From NCBI GenBank assembly GCA_963818695.1, contig CAWFTG010000001.1, positions 347,027-411,026 of the forward strand: DNA of 64,000 bases. The letters are read 5' to 3'. Shown here piece by piece: positions 37,996 through 47,815 of this stretch. The notes under the pieces were generated by a model, which saw only the letters and a program-made list of their open reading frames with translations, searched no databases and was not told where the DNA came from. The DNA is from an uncultured Alphaproteobacteria bacterium. GTDB lineage: Bacteria; Pseudomonadota; Alphaproteobacteria; ATCC43930; CGMCC-115725. A program made the translations under genes and the position numbers. Each line of letters begins with the position of its first letter. Within the stretch, counting starts at the first letter, position 1.

Positions 37996-38370
37996 TCTGC
38001 AACGCCCGAACGGGACTTTATTACCGCATGGCGACCATAGCCCGAGCGGAAAAATCGTCGGATTGCTGCCGACCGGCACATTCGTGCTGGGGTACGGCAC
38101 GCCCTTTCTCTCGGTGACCGACACGCCGTTCGCGCAGGCCGGCGTGAGTGATTGGCCATCGCGGTGCCGGAACCCACGAGCGCGGGCCTTTGAGTTCCGC
38201 TCTAATCTGTCGGCAATGGGCGCGCCGGCGGCGCGAGAAGACAAGCGGCTTATTGCTCGAGGGTACCGCGCGGCCGACCGGCCGATAATTTGCAACGCAA
38301 GTGACGACTTCGGGCTTGTTCTGTTGCCGTTCTTGACGGTGCCGTGTTAAGGGGTTGACAGCGGTCAATC

Positions 38371-38463
<93 letters not shown>

Positions 38464-38475
38464 ATAGTCATTCGC

Positions 38476-38751
38476 TACTGGCCTTTTCCCGGCATAGCTT
38501 GCGCCTGCACCGCGATGGCCGCCGGCCTCATAGCCTGCGCGATGACGACGTCGGCACCGCCCGCTTCGAGCGAACGCGCCTCCGCCACATTGTCGCAACC
38601 CAAGCCGCCGGCCTTCCACACTGGGGCGGTGAGCGCCGGCTGCTTTGAAGCCGCTCATCGTCGCCTGAACGATCGGGTGGGTAACGCCGAGCAATTGACG
38701 ACACCGGTGTGTGGCCACATCGAACTCACCTCCCATGGCGCCCAAAAACAT
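38476..38751 (-). pseudogene. collapsed remnant of a nitronate monooxygenase (NMO/2-nitropropane dioxygenase) gene
   Basis: The N-terminal motif LLGVTHPIVQA-MSG, then AGGLG and GADVVIAQ / GYEAGGHRG in different frames, are compressed into ~270 nt of what is normally a ~320-aa protein. Confidence 0.5.
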
Positions 38752-38912
38752 TACTCTAGAGCAGATTCCGACCAGATGACGGCGGTGCATAGGAGGACCT
38801 TGCGCAACTTCCGCGGATATCTCCCGTTCTCAATTGCCTGGTCTGCCCTTATTTTAGTTCTCCTGAACACCGGCAACGGGCGTGCCCTTGGCTGCACGCG
38901 CAAGGAGTAACA

Positions 38913-39593
38913 ATGGCGGAAAAGGATCCGGCGGAAAGCGGTCGACGCCTGCATGTCACAACGCTCCTCGTCGCCTCGCGCCGGGCGCTCGACAACGCAT
39001 TGTCCGAGCTGGGCTTTCCCGAGGATGACGACCGAGTGGTTGAGCACGACGGCCGCCTTGCTTTTCTGACTTGCTCGCATGAAGAGGATTGCGACGATAT
39101 GTTCGCGCTGATCAGCGAATTGTCGTCGCGCGGCGAAAGCTGGGAGTTGCAGTCGCGCATCGACGCCGAGCCCGGACGCGCCATCTACCAATCCTTTGCA
39201 CGATATCGCCCTGTCGAGGCGGTGGACGCGGCCGTCGAGGACGAACCGGAGCCGGACACCCCCGACACGCCGCTGCACGATGTCGAGACGGCGGAAGGCC
39301 TGTCGGCGCTGAAGCGCATCCTGAAGCGGATCGAGCCAGCCGACGCGTTTGCGACGATCCGGGCCGGCCGCGACGGCCGCGCCACCGCCCGCGTCCTGCG
39401 CCGCGGTTCGCGGCGGCTGCTGGCGGCGGCGACCGCGGCCGACGAGTTCGACACTGCGCAGCATCATCCGAGAGATCCTGCCCAATGTCATGCTCGACGT
39501 CGCGATGAAGCCGCCCGGCTAAGCGAGGCTGGGAAACCGGAGGACGCTACTCTCATTGGCGCACCCGCGAGTGCAGCGCGGGGGTGCGGATGA
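38913..39593 (+). CDS. hypothetical acidic protein; C-terminal third looks non-genic
   Basis: ATG is preceded by AAGGAG. The first ~130 aa are protein-like (LSELGFPEDDDRVVEHDGRLAFLTCSHEEDCDDMFALISEL). The last ~70 aa are Arg/Ala-rich low complexity. Confidence 0.4.
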   Translation: MAEKDPAESGRRLHVTTLLVASRRALDNALSELGFPEDDDRVVEHDGRLAFLTCSHEEDCDDMFALISELSSRGESWELQSRIDAEPGRAIYQSFARYRPVEAVDAAVEDEPEPDTPDTPLHDVETAEGLSALKRILKRIEPADAFATIRAGRDGRATARVLRRGSRRLLAAATAADEFDTAQHHPRDPAQCHARRRDEAARLSEAGKPEDATLIGAPASAARGCG

Positions 39594-41002
39594 TCAGCCC
39601 GGACATGCGCGCGCTCGATAAGCTGCCCAGCCTGACGGCGCTGATCCGTGACAGCACGCTGCGTCTCGCCGTTACCGGACTCAGCCGGTCCGGCAAGACC
39701 GCGTTCATCACCAGCCTGGTTCACAATCTCTTGAGTGCCGCCGGCAGGCCGGGCCGTCTGCCATTCCTGCGGGCTGCCGCGGAGCGGCGGATTATTGGCG
39801 CGCGGCTGCTCGCGCCCGAAGCCGACGATGTGCCTCCGTTCCCGCTCGAGGAAACGGTCGCAGCGCTCGCCGCCGACCCGCCGCACTGGCCCGCGAGCAC
39901 GGCCGATTTGCGACGGGTGCGGCTCTCACTGCGGTTCTCCTCGGAGAGCCTCCTTCGGATGGCCAAGCTGCTCGGCGCCGCCGCCGAATTGTCCGTCGAA
40001 ATTCTCGATTATCCCGGCGAATGGCTGCTCGATTTGCCGTTGCTGCAGCAGAGCTATGACGATTGGTCGCGCGCGACCCTCGCCTTGGCGCGCCGCGGGG
40101 TGCGCGCCACGCTCGCCCGCGATTGGCTCGATTTTGTGGCCCGCCATCCGGCAGATCGCGCCGGCGATCCGCAAACGGTGTTGCGGGCATATGAACTCTA
40201 CCGTGGCTATCTTGACGCTTGTCGAGAACGCGAGCAGTTGAGCCTGCTGCAGCCGGGACGCCTTCTGAACCCCGGGCAGATCGCCGATCCTTCTGTGCTG
40301 CAGCTTTGCCCGCTGCCGCTGGCGATCGGAGCGCGGGCGCCGCCCGGCAGCCTCGCCGCGACGATGGAGGCGCGTTTCGAGGCGTACAAGCGCACGATCG
40401 TGCAGCCCTTCTTCGCGCAGCTCGCCAGAAACGTGGACCGGCAAATCGTACTCGTCGACGCGCTGCGTGCGCTTAACGCCGGCGAAGAGGCCTTCGGCGA
40501 TAACCGTCTGGCGCTCGAGACGATTCTAGCCGCGTTCCGCTTCGGCAGGCGAGGCCTGCTGCGCCGGCTGTTCGGCGCTCGCATCGACCGGGTCCTGTTT
40601 GCCGCGACGAAGGCGGACCATGTCCCGGCGTTGCAGCGCGACCATCTCGAAGCGCTCATGGCAAATCTGGTGGAAGCCCCGAGTTTGCGCGCCAAAGCCG
40701 CCCGTGCCCGCGTCGCGGCAACCGCGCTCGCTTCGATCCGCTGCACCGAGGATGGCACCGACGTGATCGACGGGCGCAAGGTCGATATAGTCGTCGGATT
40801 GCCCGAAGGCGGCGAGCGGCGCATTCGCTTTTTCCCCGGAATCGTGCCGGTGACGCCGCCGCCAAGCGGCTTTTGGGGCGAGCGGTTCACACAATTTCCG
40901 GTCTTCCAGCCGCCGCGGATCACGAGTGCAGCAGCCAACGGCATTCCCCATATAAATCTCGACAAGGCGCTCGATTTTCTGCTGGAGGACGCCCTCAAAT
41001 GA
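39590..41002 (+). CDS. ycjX: YcjX-like P-loop NTPase (DUF463)
   Basis: LRLAVTGLSRSGKTAFITSLVHNLL N-terminal P-loop, ~470 aa, followed by the YcjF-type partner gene. Confidence 0.85.
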   Translation: MISPDMRALDKLPSLTALIRDSTLRLAVTGLSRSGKTAFITSLVHNLLSAAGRPGRLPFLRAAAERRIIGARLLAPEADDVPPFPLEETVAALAADPPHWPASTADLRRVRLSLRFSSESLLRMAKLLGAAAELSVEILDYPGEWLLDLPLLQQSYDDWSRATLALARRGVRATLARDWLDFVARHPADRAGDPQTVLRAYELYRGYLDACREREQLSLLQPGRLLNPGQIADPSVLQLCPLPLAIGARAPPGSLAATMEARFEAYKRTIVQPFFAQLARNVDRQIVLVDALRALNAGEEAFGDNRLALETILAAFRFGRRGLLRRLFGARIDRVLFAATKADHVPALQRDHLEALMANLVEAPSLRAKAARARVAATALASIRCTEDGTDVIDGRKVDIVVGLPEGGERRIRFFPGIVPVTPPPSGFWGERFTQFPVFQPPRITSAAANGIPHINLDKALDFLLEDALK

Positions 41003-41028
41003 TCACCCTCGGCGACCGCCGTTTGTTT

Positions 41029-41188
41029 CCTCTCCCTCCGCCGGCCGGGGGGAGAGGGCAGGGTGAGGGGGGCCGACGAGCACGCTCCCCCGATGCCCAC
41101 CCCACCCTCCCGTCCCCACGGATCAAGTCCGTGGGCCGAAGGCTCACGCGCGCCGCGCCCCCTTCCCTCCCCCCAAGGGGCAGAGAGG
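41029..41188. repeat. cluster of three GC-rich palindromic REP-like units in the ycjX-ycjF spacer
   Basis: cctctccctccgccggccggggggagagg; ccccacggatcaagtccgtggg; cccttccctccccccaaggggcagagagg. Confidence 0.5.
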
Positions 41189-41195
41189 CGCTCAT

Positions 41196-42170
41196 ATGAC
41201 GATCGAAACGGAGTTGACGCGGGAAAAACTGCGGCCGCGCATTCTCGAAACCGAGGAAACCGGGCGGCTCGAGCTGAGCCTCCCAGCGGCTCCCACGACG
41301 GACCTGCCCGCTCCGCGAACTCAGCGGCCTCGGTCGCCAATTCGCGTCGCGGCGAGCGGCCTCGGCATTCTCGTCCTCGGCGTCATTGGCATTGACTTCG
41401 TCCAATTCATCGATGGCGCGTTTGCGCATGGGGCCGGGCTCGGCATAGCCGCGACAGCCGCGGTGGCGGCTGGTTGCGGCGGCGCTGCTTACTGGCTTGT
41501 GGCCGAGCTGCGAGGCCTGTGGCGGCTGCGCTCCGCCGAGCGCCTGAGAAGCTTGATCCCGTTCGCCATGGCGGACGAGTTGAAGGCGGAGATCGATGCC
41601 GCTGCGGCAATCATGGCGGCCAACCCGCTGTTGAGCGAGGCGGTCGCCCGCTATCGTACCGTTCGCGAAGCGCATCACAGCGGGCGTGACGCGCTCGAAC
41701 TGTTTTCCCGCTTTGTCCTGGCCCCGGCCGACCGCCTAGCCGAGGCCGCGATCCGCCGCGCCGCGACGCAAGCCTTTGCGATAAATGCGGTCAGCCCGAC
41801 CGCGCTGCTCGATACGCTGTTGTTCGCCGCCCGCGCGCTGCGCCTCATTCGCGAAATCGCCGAGATCTACGGCCAGCGCCCAGGGCTGGCCGGCACCGTA
41901 CACCTGATGCGCCGGCTCGCGAGCGGCGCTGCCATGGTCGGAGCCGTGGATCTGGTCGGCGGCATTCTGGTGCAGCAGCTCGGCGGCGCAGTCATGGAGC
42001 GGCTCAGCGCCAGCGCCGCCGAAAGCGCCTACGCCGCGCAAAAGATGGCCCGCCTGGGCATCATCGCAATGGCGCTGTGCCGCCCCGTCGACTTCCGCCC
42101 CGGCGAAGTTCCCTCACTGCGCACCCTCGTCTCGAATCTCCGCAAGTCCAACACCGATAAGGCCGAGTGA
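41196..42170 (+). CDS. ycjF: YcjF family (UPF0283/DUF697) membrane protein
   Basis: 324 aa with two central TM segments (ILVLGVIGIDFV..., GIAATAAVAAGCGGAAYWLV) and a conserved C-terminal domain. It has the canonical pairing with ycjX. Confidence 0.8.
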   Translation: MTIETELTREKLRPRILETEETGRLELSLPAAPTTDLPAPRTQRPRSPIRVAASGLGILVLGVIGIDFVQFIDGAFAHGAGLGIAATAAVAAGCGGAAYWLVAELRGLWRLRSAERLRSLIPFAMADELKAEIDAAAAIMAANPLLSEAVARYRTVREAHHSGRDALELFSRFVLAPADRLAEAAIRRAATQAFAINAVSPTALLDTLLFAARALRLIREIAEIYGQRPGLAGTVHLMRRLASGAAMVGAVDLVGGILVQQLGGAVMERLSASAAESAYAAQKMARLGIIAMALCRPVDFRPGEVPSLRTLVSNLRKSNTDKAE

Positions 42171-42559
42171 TCCCCACAACCCTTCTTAGTGGTATCGTAG
42201 CCGACAATCAATGAGTACGTGCGTCCGAAATTTTGCCATAATGGCATGCTAAGTTGAGAGATTCGCACAGGCAACTGCTCAGTCTCGCTCGGATGACGAT
42301 TACGGCCCTACTCTCCAATCACCCAGCACAGCGAGCGCTGGCTGTTATTGCTGGCTGTTTTTTCGCTGTTCCTTCTTCACCCCCATCGTCAAAACCTGAA
42401 GAATTCCGCCTGCTTACACTCACTCCGGCTGCTTTGTCGCTGCATTATCAGCGATATCAGCCAGCGCTTCTTGCTGACGCGCTTGAAAAAGCTTGCCGCA
42501 GCACCCCAAGCGGCACGACATTTGCGTAAGTGAAGCACCCCGCCCGGGAGGTCAGTCTC

Positions 42560-43801
42560 ATGTTGTCGCGTCGCTCTCTGCTCATCTCTGTATCGACCAC
42601 CGCCCTCATCGGCGCCCTTGCGGGTTTGGATCTCGCGCATGCCGCCGACAAAACGATAAAGGTGGGCATAAACCTGCCCCTTACGGGGGCCGACGCGCAT
42701 GACGCCGAATTGATCAAGGACGGCGCCCTGCTGGCGATCGACGAAGCGAATGCGCAGGGTGGAGTCGCAGGTTACAAGATCGAGGTCCTGCTACTGGACG
42801 ACGGCACCGCCACCGCCGGGCAGTATGACCCGGCGCAGGCGGCAACCAACGCGCGCAAGATGGTGTCTGACAAGGAGGTCGTCGCGGCAATTGGGCCGCA
42901 GATGAGCGGCTCGGGCAAGGCGATGTCGCCGATTTTGAGCCAGGGCGATCTGGCGACTGTCACCCCGAGCTCGACCAACCCCGACATCACCGACCCGAAA
43001 TTCGCCGGGCAATATAGGCCTAAAGGTAAGGCAATCTATTTCCGGACGGTGACCACCGACGCCTTCCAAGGGCCAAATATGGCCAATTATTATGCCGATG
43101 TACTCAAGGTGAAATCGGTCTATGTGCTCGATGACAGCGGCGCCTACGGGGTCGGGATCGCCGACACCTTCCAGGCGCAGGCAGAGAAGCGCGGCATCAG
43201 GGTGCTCGGCCGCGACCAGCTCAACCCCAGAGAGGCCGATTACGCGACCACTCTGACGAAAATCAAATCGCTCGATCCCGACGCCCTATATTACGGCGGC
43301 GTCGCTCAGGCGGGGGTGAAGCTCGTCAAGCAGGCCTCCGACATTCTCGCCCACATCATCAAGGGAGGTGGCGACGGGATGTATGGTGCCGAGATATTGC
43401 GCGGCGCAGGCTTTCCTGCGGCCGAAGGGTGGTACGCGACGATTGCGGCGCCGGATATCCTCGAAAACCCGGAGGCAGCGCCCGTCATCGAACGCTTTGC
43501 CAAGAAATACGGGCAGCAGCCCGAGAACTACTCGATCACCGCCTATGATGCGGCGCTCGTCATCCTCGACGCCGTCAAGCGCGTCGCCGCCTCGGGCAAG
43601 GAAGTGACCCGCGACGCAGTGCGGGACGCAATCCAAACCGCGCACGTCAAGACACTGCAGGGCGAAATCACTTTTGATGAGAATGGCGATTTGCGGAACC
43701 GCGAGATCAGCGTCTTCCGCATCGTCAAGAACGACAAGTATCCGCTCGACGATGTCCTCCATCAATACAAATACCTTGGAGTCGCACCGCAGAGTTCGTA
43801 A
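42560..43801 (+). CDS. branched-chain amino acid ABC transporter substrate-binding protein (LivK/LivJ family)
   Basis: ATG 42560 is preceded by GGGAGG. The signal peptide is SRRSLLISVSTTALIGALAGLDLAHA, followed by IKVGINLPLTGADA. Confidence 0.85.
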   Translation: MLSRRSLLISVSTTALIGALAGLDLAHAADKTIKVGINLPLTGADAHDAELIKDGALLAIDEANAQGGVAGYKIEVLLLDDGTATAGQYDPAQAATNARKMVSDKEVVAAIGPQMSGSGKAMSPILSQGDLATVTPSSTNPDITDPKFAGQYRPKGKAIYFRTVTTDAFQGPNMANYYADVLKVKSVYVLDDSGAYGVGIADTFQAQAEKRGIRVLGRDQLNPREADYATTLTKIKSLDPDALYYGGVAQAGVKLVKQASDILAHIIKGGGDGMYGAEILRGAGFPAAEGWYATIAAPDILENPEAAPVIERFAKKYGQQPENYSITAYDAALVILDAVKRVAASGKEVTRDAVRDAIQTAHVKTLQGEITFDENGDLRNREISVFRIVKNDKYPLDDVLHQYKYLGVAPQSS

Positions 43802-43840
43802 GGTTTAAGGTACAATTGTGCTGGTAATATCAACTCGTTA

Positions 43841-43923
43841 CTCGTCACCCCCGCGAAAGCGGGGGTCCAGGGCAACCGCTGGCGTGTTGGAGTCCTGGAC
43901 TTCCGCGTTCGCGGGAATAACGA
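43841..43923. repeat. MITE/REP-like element, short copy 2 (livK-livH spacer)
   Basis: ctcgtcacccccgcgaaagcgggggtccaggg ... cctggacttccgcgttcgcgggaataacga. Confidence 0.65.
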
Positions 43924-43958
43924 TTAACCTAGCGATACTCTGAGCCGTCCGGCGCGCC

Positions 43959-44891
43959 ATGATGTCCGACTATGGCGTGCTCTTGCAGCAGCTGGTTAAC
44001 GGGCTGAGCCTCGGCGCCATGTATGCCTTGCTCGCGCTGGGATTTACCCTCGTCTATGGCATCCTCGAGCTGATCAACTTCGCGCATTTCAATGTGTTCA
44101 TGGTCAGCTCGTTTTTTGGCATGTGGGCCCTCGAGTTTCTGGGCATCACGGGTCAGAGTCAGGTCCTCACCGGCCCCGCGTTGGCCGGGGCATTGGCCTT
44201 TGCCTTCGCTGTCACGATGATCGGCGCCGGCCTCCTCGGCGTTGCGATAGAGCGTCTGTCGCTGCGGCCACTACGCGGGGTCCGCGGGACTGCGGCGATG
44301 ATCACGACGATCGGCGTTTCGTACATTCTATTCAACATCATCCTGCTAACTGTCGGTGCCGGGTCGGAGAACTACCCCAACCCGCTGCCGGTGATGCACT
44401 GGCAATTCGGCGAGGTTACCCTTGAACTCAAGGAGCTGCTGATCTGGGGCGTCGCCGTGGCGCTTATGCTGGCGCTCCATTTCTTCGTCAATCGCACCCG
44501 CCTCGGCAAGGCAATGCGCGCCACGGCGCAAGACGCCGAGGCAGCCCGGATGATGGGGGTCGATGTCGACCGCGTCATTGTCACCGCGTTCTTTCTGGGT
44601 TCCGCGCTGGCCGGGGCGGCGGCGCTGATCTTTGGCCTCTATTATAATTATACGAGCTTCATCATCGGCTACACGGCCGGCCTGCGCGCGTTCACCGCGG
44701 CGGTGCTGGGCGGGATCGGCAGCATTCCTGGAGCGATGGTCGGCGGCATCTTGATCGGGCTGATCGAGACATTGGGCGGGCAATTGATCGCGGTGCGCTG
44801 GACCGATGTGATCATCTTCTCGATCCTGGTTCTCGTTCTTGTCTTTGTGCCGACGGGACTGTTCGGCCGCGTCACTCCGACAAAATCGTGA
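43959..44891 (+). CDS. livH: branched-chain amino acid ABC transporter permease
   Basis: LLQQLVNGLSLGAMYALLALGFTLVYG N-terminus; 310 aa, multi-TM. Confidence 0.9.
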   Translation: MMSDYGVLLQQLVNGLSLGAMYALLALGFTLVYGILELINFAHFNVFMVSSFFGMWALEFLGITGQSQVLTGPALAGALAFAFAVTMIGAGLLGVAIERLSLRPLRGVRGTAAMITTIGVSYILFNIILLTVGAGSENYPNPLPVMHWQFGEVTLELKELLIWGVAVALMLALHFFVNRTRLGKAMRATAQDAEAARMMGVDVDRVIVTAFFLGSALAGAAALIFGLYYNYTSFIIGYTAGLRAFTAAVLGGIGSIPGAMVGGILIGLIETLGGQLIAVRWTDVIIFSILVLVLVFVPTGLFGRVTPTKS

Positions 44892-46942
44892 GAAACGCGA
44901 TCGGCATCCGGACACTGCTGCCGATCGGTACCGGCCGCGGCGTTCTCGCCCGAGTTTCCTCGCGCAGGGGCGCCCGCCTCGGCGTCCTCCTGGTCACGGC
45001 GGCGGCGCTGTTGTTTCCATTGGTCAACGGAAACGATGCCGATATTGATTCGGCGGCGAACGCGCTCGCCTTTGCCGCCTTAGCACTTGGCCTCAACATC
45101 GTCGTCGGCTTCGCTGGGCTCTTGGATCTCGGCTACGCCGCGTTCTTTGCCATCGGCGCCTACGCCTACGGCGTTGCCAGCTCGTGGCAAGTCCAGCCGA
45201 AATGGAGCGGCTTTTGGGAGCCCTTGCAATGGCTCGACCTTGTCAGCCGCTTTCATACGGCAGGCGGTGACGTCGTCCATTTCCAGGTCTCGTTCTGGCT
45301 GATGCTGCCGGTCGCAGCAGCGATCGCCGCGTTTTTCGGGGTGTTGTTCGGCGCGCCCACCCTGCGGCTCAAAGGCGATTATCTGGCGATCGTGACGCTT
45401 GGTTTTGGCGAGATCGTGCCAATTGTCGCGCGCAACACGCCGTCGATCACCAATGGCGCTATGGGCCTCAACGGCGTTGCTGCACCGCAGCTCTTCGGCT
45501 ACGATTTCGGCGTCAACGCGACGCCTTACTATTATGTCGGGCTCGCCCTCGTCGCGTTTTTGATCCTGACGAGCCAGAGGCTGAAGGATTCGCGCATCGG
45601 CCGTGCCTGGATGGCGATCCGCGAGGACGAGATCGCCGCCGCCGCGATGGGCGTCGACCGTGTCCGTTTCAAGCTCCTCGCCTTTGCGATCGGCGCTGCC
45701 TTTGCCGGCGCCACCGGCACCTTCTATGTCGCCAAATTGCAGACCGCGACCCCGGAGATGTTCATGTTCCCGGTCTCGGTCATGGTGTTGGTCATGATCG
45801 TCTTTGGCGGGATCGGCAGCGTCTGGGGAGTCGTGGTCGGCGCGCTGGTGTTGCAGATCCTGCAATCCTGGTTTCTCGAAGATCTGTCGCAATGGCTGCA
45901 TGCGCTCGGACGGCTCGTGAACATCGAGTGGCTGCAACATGTCGAGCTTGCTTCGTCGATCGAGCTCATTTTCGGTCTTATTCTAGTGCTGATGATGCTC
46001 TACCGCCGTGAGGGGCTGATCCCGGCGACGCGCCGCGTTGCGCCGCTGAGCCTCGACGAGCAGACCGCCCAAATCGGGCGGGGTGGCTTCGACCGCCTTC
46101 CCGCCCCCCACCCTAACCCTCCCCCGCTTGCGGGGGAGGGAGGAGTGGGGGCTCGACCGGCGAGCGGGCCGTTGCTCGAAGTCTCGGACCTGACCGTGCG
46201 CTTTGGCGGGCTGGTCGCATTGCGTTCAGTCGAACTGAGCGTCCCCGCCCAGATGGTGGTTGCGGTGATCGGGCCCAATGGCTCGGGCAAATCGACATTG
46301 TTCAACGTCGTCACCGGCGTAGTTCCAGCCGATCGTGGCAGTATCCGCTTCGCCGGTGAAGAGATCGGCCGATTGCGGCCGCATGCGATATTGGAGCGCG
46401 GCATCGCCCGCACCTTCCAGAACATCCGCCTGTTCCCGAACCTGACCGTGCTCGAGAACGTCATGATCGGCATGCATGCGCGGCTCGATACCGGTCCCGT
46501 CGGCGCGCTTCTGCGGCTGCCGGCAAACCGCCGCGAGGAAGCGGCGGCACGCGAGCATGCGCGCGAGATCCTCTGGTTGTTCGGCAACCGGCTGTTGCCG
46601 CGTGCCGACCACCTCGCCGCCAGCCTCTCCTATGCCAATCGGCGGCGCACCGAGATCGCGCGGGCGCTCGCCACGCAGCCAAAACTGTTGCTGCTCGACG
46701 AGCCGACGGCAGGGATGAACCCGGCCGAAACTCTCGAGCTGGCCGACCAGATCCAAAGCCTCAACCGCAACGGTGTGACAATCCTCTTGATCGAGCACAA
46801 GCTCGACGTCGTCGCGATGCTGGCGGACCGGGTCATCGTGCTCGACCACGGCGAGAAGATCGCTGAAGGGCGCCCGGAGGTCGTGCGCCGCGACGAAGAT
46901 GTGATCCGCGCCTATCTCGGCAAGAGTACCGCTTTTGCCTAA
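44888..46942 (+). CDS. fused LivM-type permease / LivG-type ATP-binding protein (684 aa)
   Basis: N-terminal ~400 aa are a LivM-like permease. The C-terminal part has LLEVSDLTVRFGG, Walker A GPNGSGKST, and LLLLDEPTAGMNP. There is no stop between the halves, and the linker is encoded by the REP-like element at 46100-46151. Confidence 0.85.
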   Translation: MRNAIGIRTLLPIGTGRGVLARVSSRRGARLGVLLVTAAALLFPLVNGNDADIDSAANALAFAALALGLNIVVGFAGLLDLGYAAFFAIGAYAYGVASSWQVQPKWSGFWEPLQWLDLVSRFHTAGGDVVHFQVSFWLMLPVAAAIAAFFGVLFGAPTLRLKGDYLAIVTLGFGEIVPIVARNTPSITNGAMGLNGVAAPQLFGYDFGVNATPYYYVGLALVAFLILTSQRLKDSRIGRAWMAIREDEIAAAAMGVDRVRFKLLAFAIGAAFAGATGTFYVAKLQTATPEMFMFPVSVMVLVMIVFGGIGSVWGVVVGALVLQILQSWFLEDLSQWLHALGRLVNIEWLQHVELASSIELIFGLILVLMMLYRREGLIPATRRVAPLSLDEQTAQIGRGGFDRLPAPHPNPPPLAGEGGVGARPASGPLLEVSDLTVRFGGLVALRSVELSVPAQMVVAVIGPNGSGKSTLFNVVTGVVPADRGSIRFAGEEIGRLRPHAILERGIARTFQNIRLFPNLTVLENVMIGMHARLDTGPVGALLRLPANRREEAAAREHAREILWLFGNRLLPRADHLAASLSYANRRRTEIARALATQPKLLLLDEPTAGMNPAETLELADQIQSLNRNGVTILLIEHKLDVVAMLADRVIVLDHGEKIAEGRPEVVRRDEDVIRAYLGKSTAFA
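46100..46151. repeat. palindromic REP-like element forming the LivM-LivG linker
   Basis: cccgccccccaccctaaccctcccccgcttgcgggggagggaggagtggggg, translated as PAPHPNPPPLAGEGGVG. Confidence 0.6.
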
Positions 46943-47801
46943 GACCCCCGCTTGTCGCCGCCCTCGCGAAAGCGGGGGTCCAGAGCCTGCCCCTGGCTTG
47001 AACAGGGGGCGAGATGCCGCTGCCTCAGCCACCCTGGATTCCCGCTTTCGCGGGAATGACGACGGAAGGAAGACCGGCTTTGACCTGCTCGAGTTTCGAG
47101 CTGTCGATACGCATTACGGCGACCTTCACGTTTTGAAATCGGTCGATTACCGGATCGCTGCGGGCGAGATCGTTTGCTTGTTGGGCGGCAACGCCTCGGG
47201 CAAGTCGACGACGATGAAGGCGATCATGGGGAGCGTCGCGCCGAGCGGCGGCGAGATCCTTTACGAGGGCCATTCGCTGAAGGGCGTTTCGACCGCTGAG
47301 CGGGTGCGCCGCGGCATCGCGCCGGTGCTCGAGGCGCGCCGCCTTTTCCCGCGCATGACGGTCTACGAAAATCTCGAGATGGGCGCCTATACGCGGCGCC
47401 GCGGACCCGAGTTCGACGAAGATTTGGCGCGCGTCTTCACGCTGTTCCCTCGTGTCGAGGAGCGGCTTCAACAGCTCGCCGGCACCTTGTCGGGGGGCGA
47501 GCAGCAGATGGTCGCGATCGGCCGCGCGCTGATGGCCCACCCGAGGCTCTTGTGTATGGACGAGCCATCGATGGGTCTCTCGCCGGCCTATGTCGAGCAG
47601 GTCTTCGAAATCGTCCGGACGATCAACCGGCAGGGTGTCACGATCTTCATGGTCGAACAGAACGCCAACATGGCGCTTTCCATTGCCGACCGCGCCTATG
47701 TCCTGCAGACCGGCGAAGTGGTGCTGAGCGGCCCCGCCGCCGAACTGCGCGAAACCGAACTGATCCGCCATGCCTATTTGGGCGAACTCAAGGTGGCGTA
47801 A
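46935..47801 (+). CDS. livF: branched-chain amino acid ABC transporter ATP-binding protein; start uncertain
   Basis: LLEFRAVDTHYGDLHVLKSV, Walker A GGNASGKST, LSGGEQQMVAIGRAL, and LCMDEPSMGLSP. The only canonical in-frame start is TTG 46935, upstream of the MITE. Confidence 0.8.
   Translation: MPKTPACRRPRESGGPEPAPGLNRGRDAAASATLDSRFRGNDDGRKTGFDLLEFRAVDTHYGDLHVLKSVDYRIAAGEIVCLLGGNASGKSTTMKAIMGSVAPSGGEILYEGHSLKGVSTAERVRRGIAPVLEARRLFPRMTVYENLEMGAYTRRRGPEFDEDLARVFTLFPRVEERLQQLAGTLSGGEQQMVAIGRALMAHPRLLCMDEPSMGLSPAYVEQVFEIVRTINRQGVTIFMVEQNANMALSIADRAYVLQTGEVVLSGPAAELRETELIRHAYLGELKVA
46954..47063. repeat. MITE/REP-like element, copy 3 (between livG stop and the conserved LivF N-terminus)
   Basis: gtcgccgccctcgcgaaagcgggggtccagagcctgcccctggcttgaacaggggg ... 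ccctggattcccgctttcgcgggaatgacgac. This is the inverted orientation relative to copy 1. Confidence 0.75.
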
Positions 47802-47815
47802 GACTGCCCCTCTCC

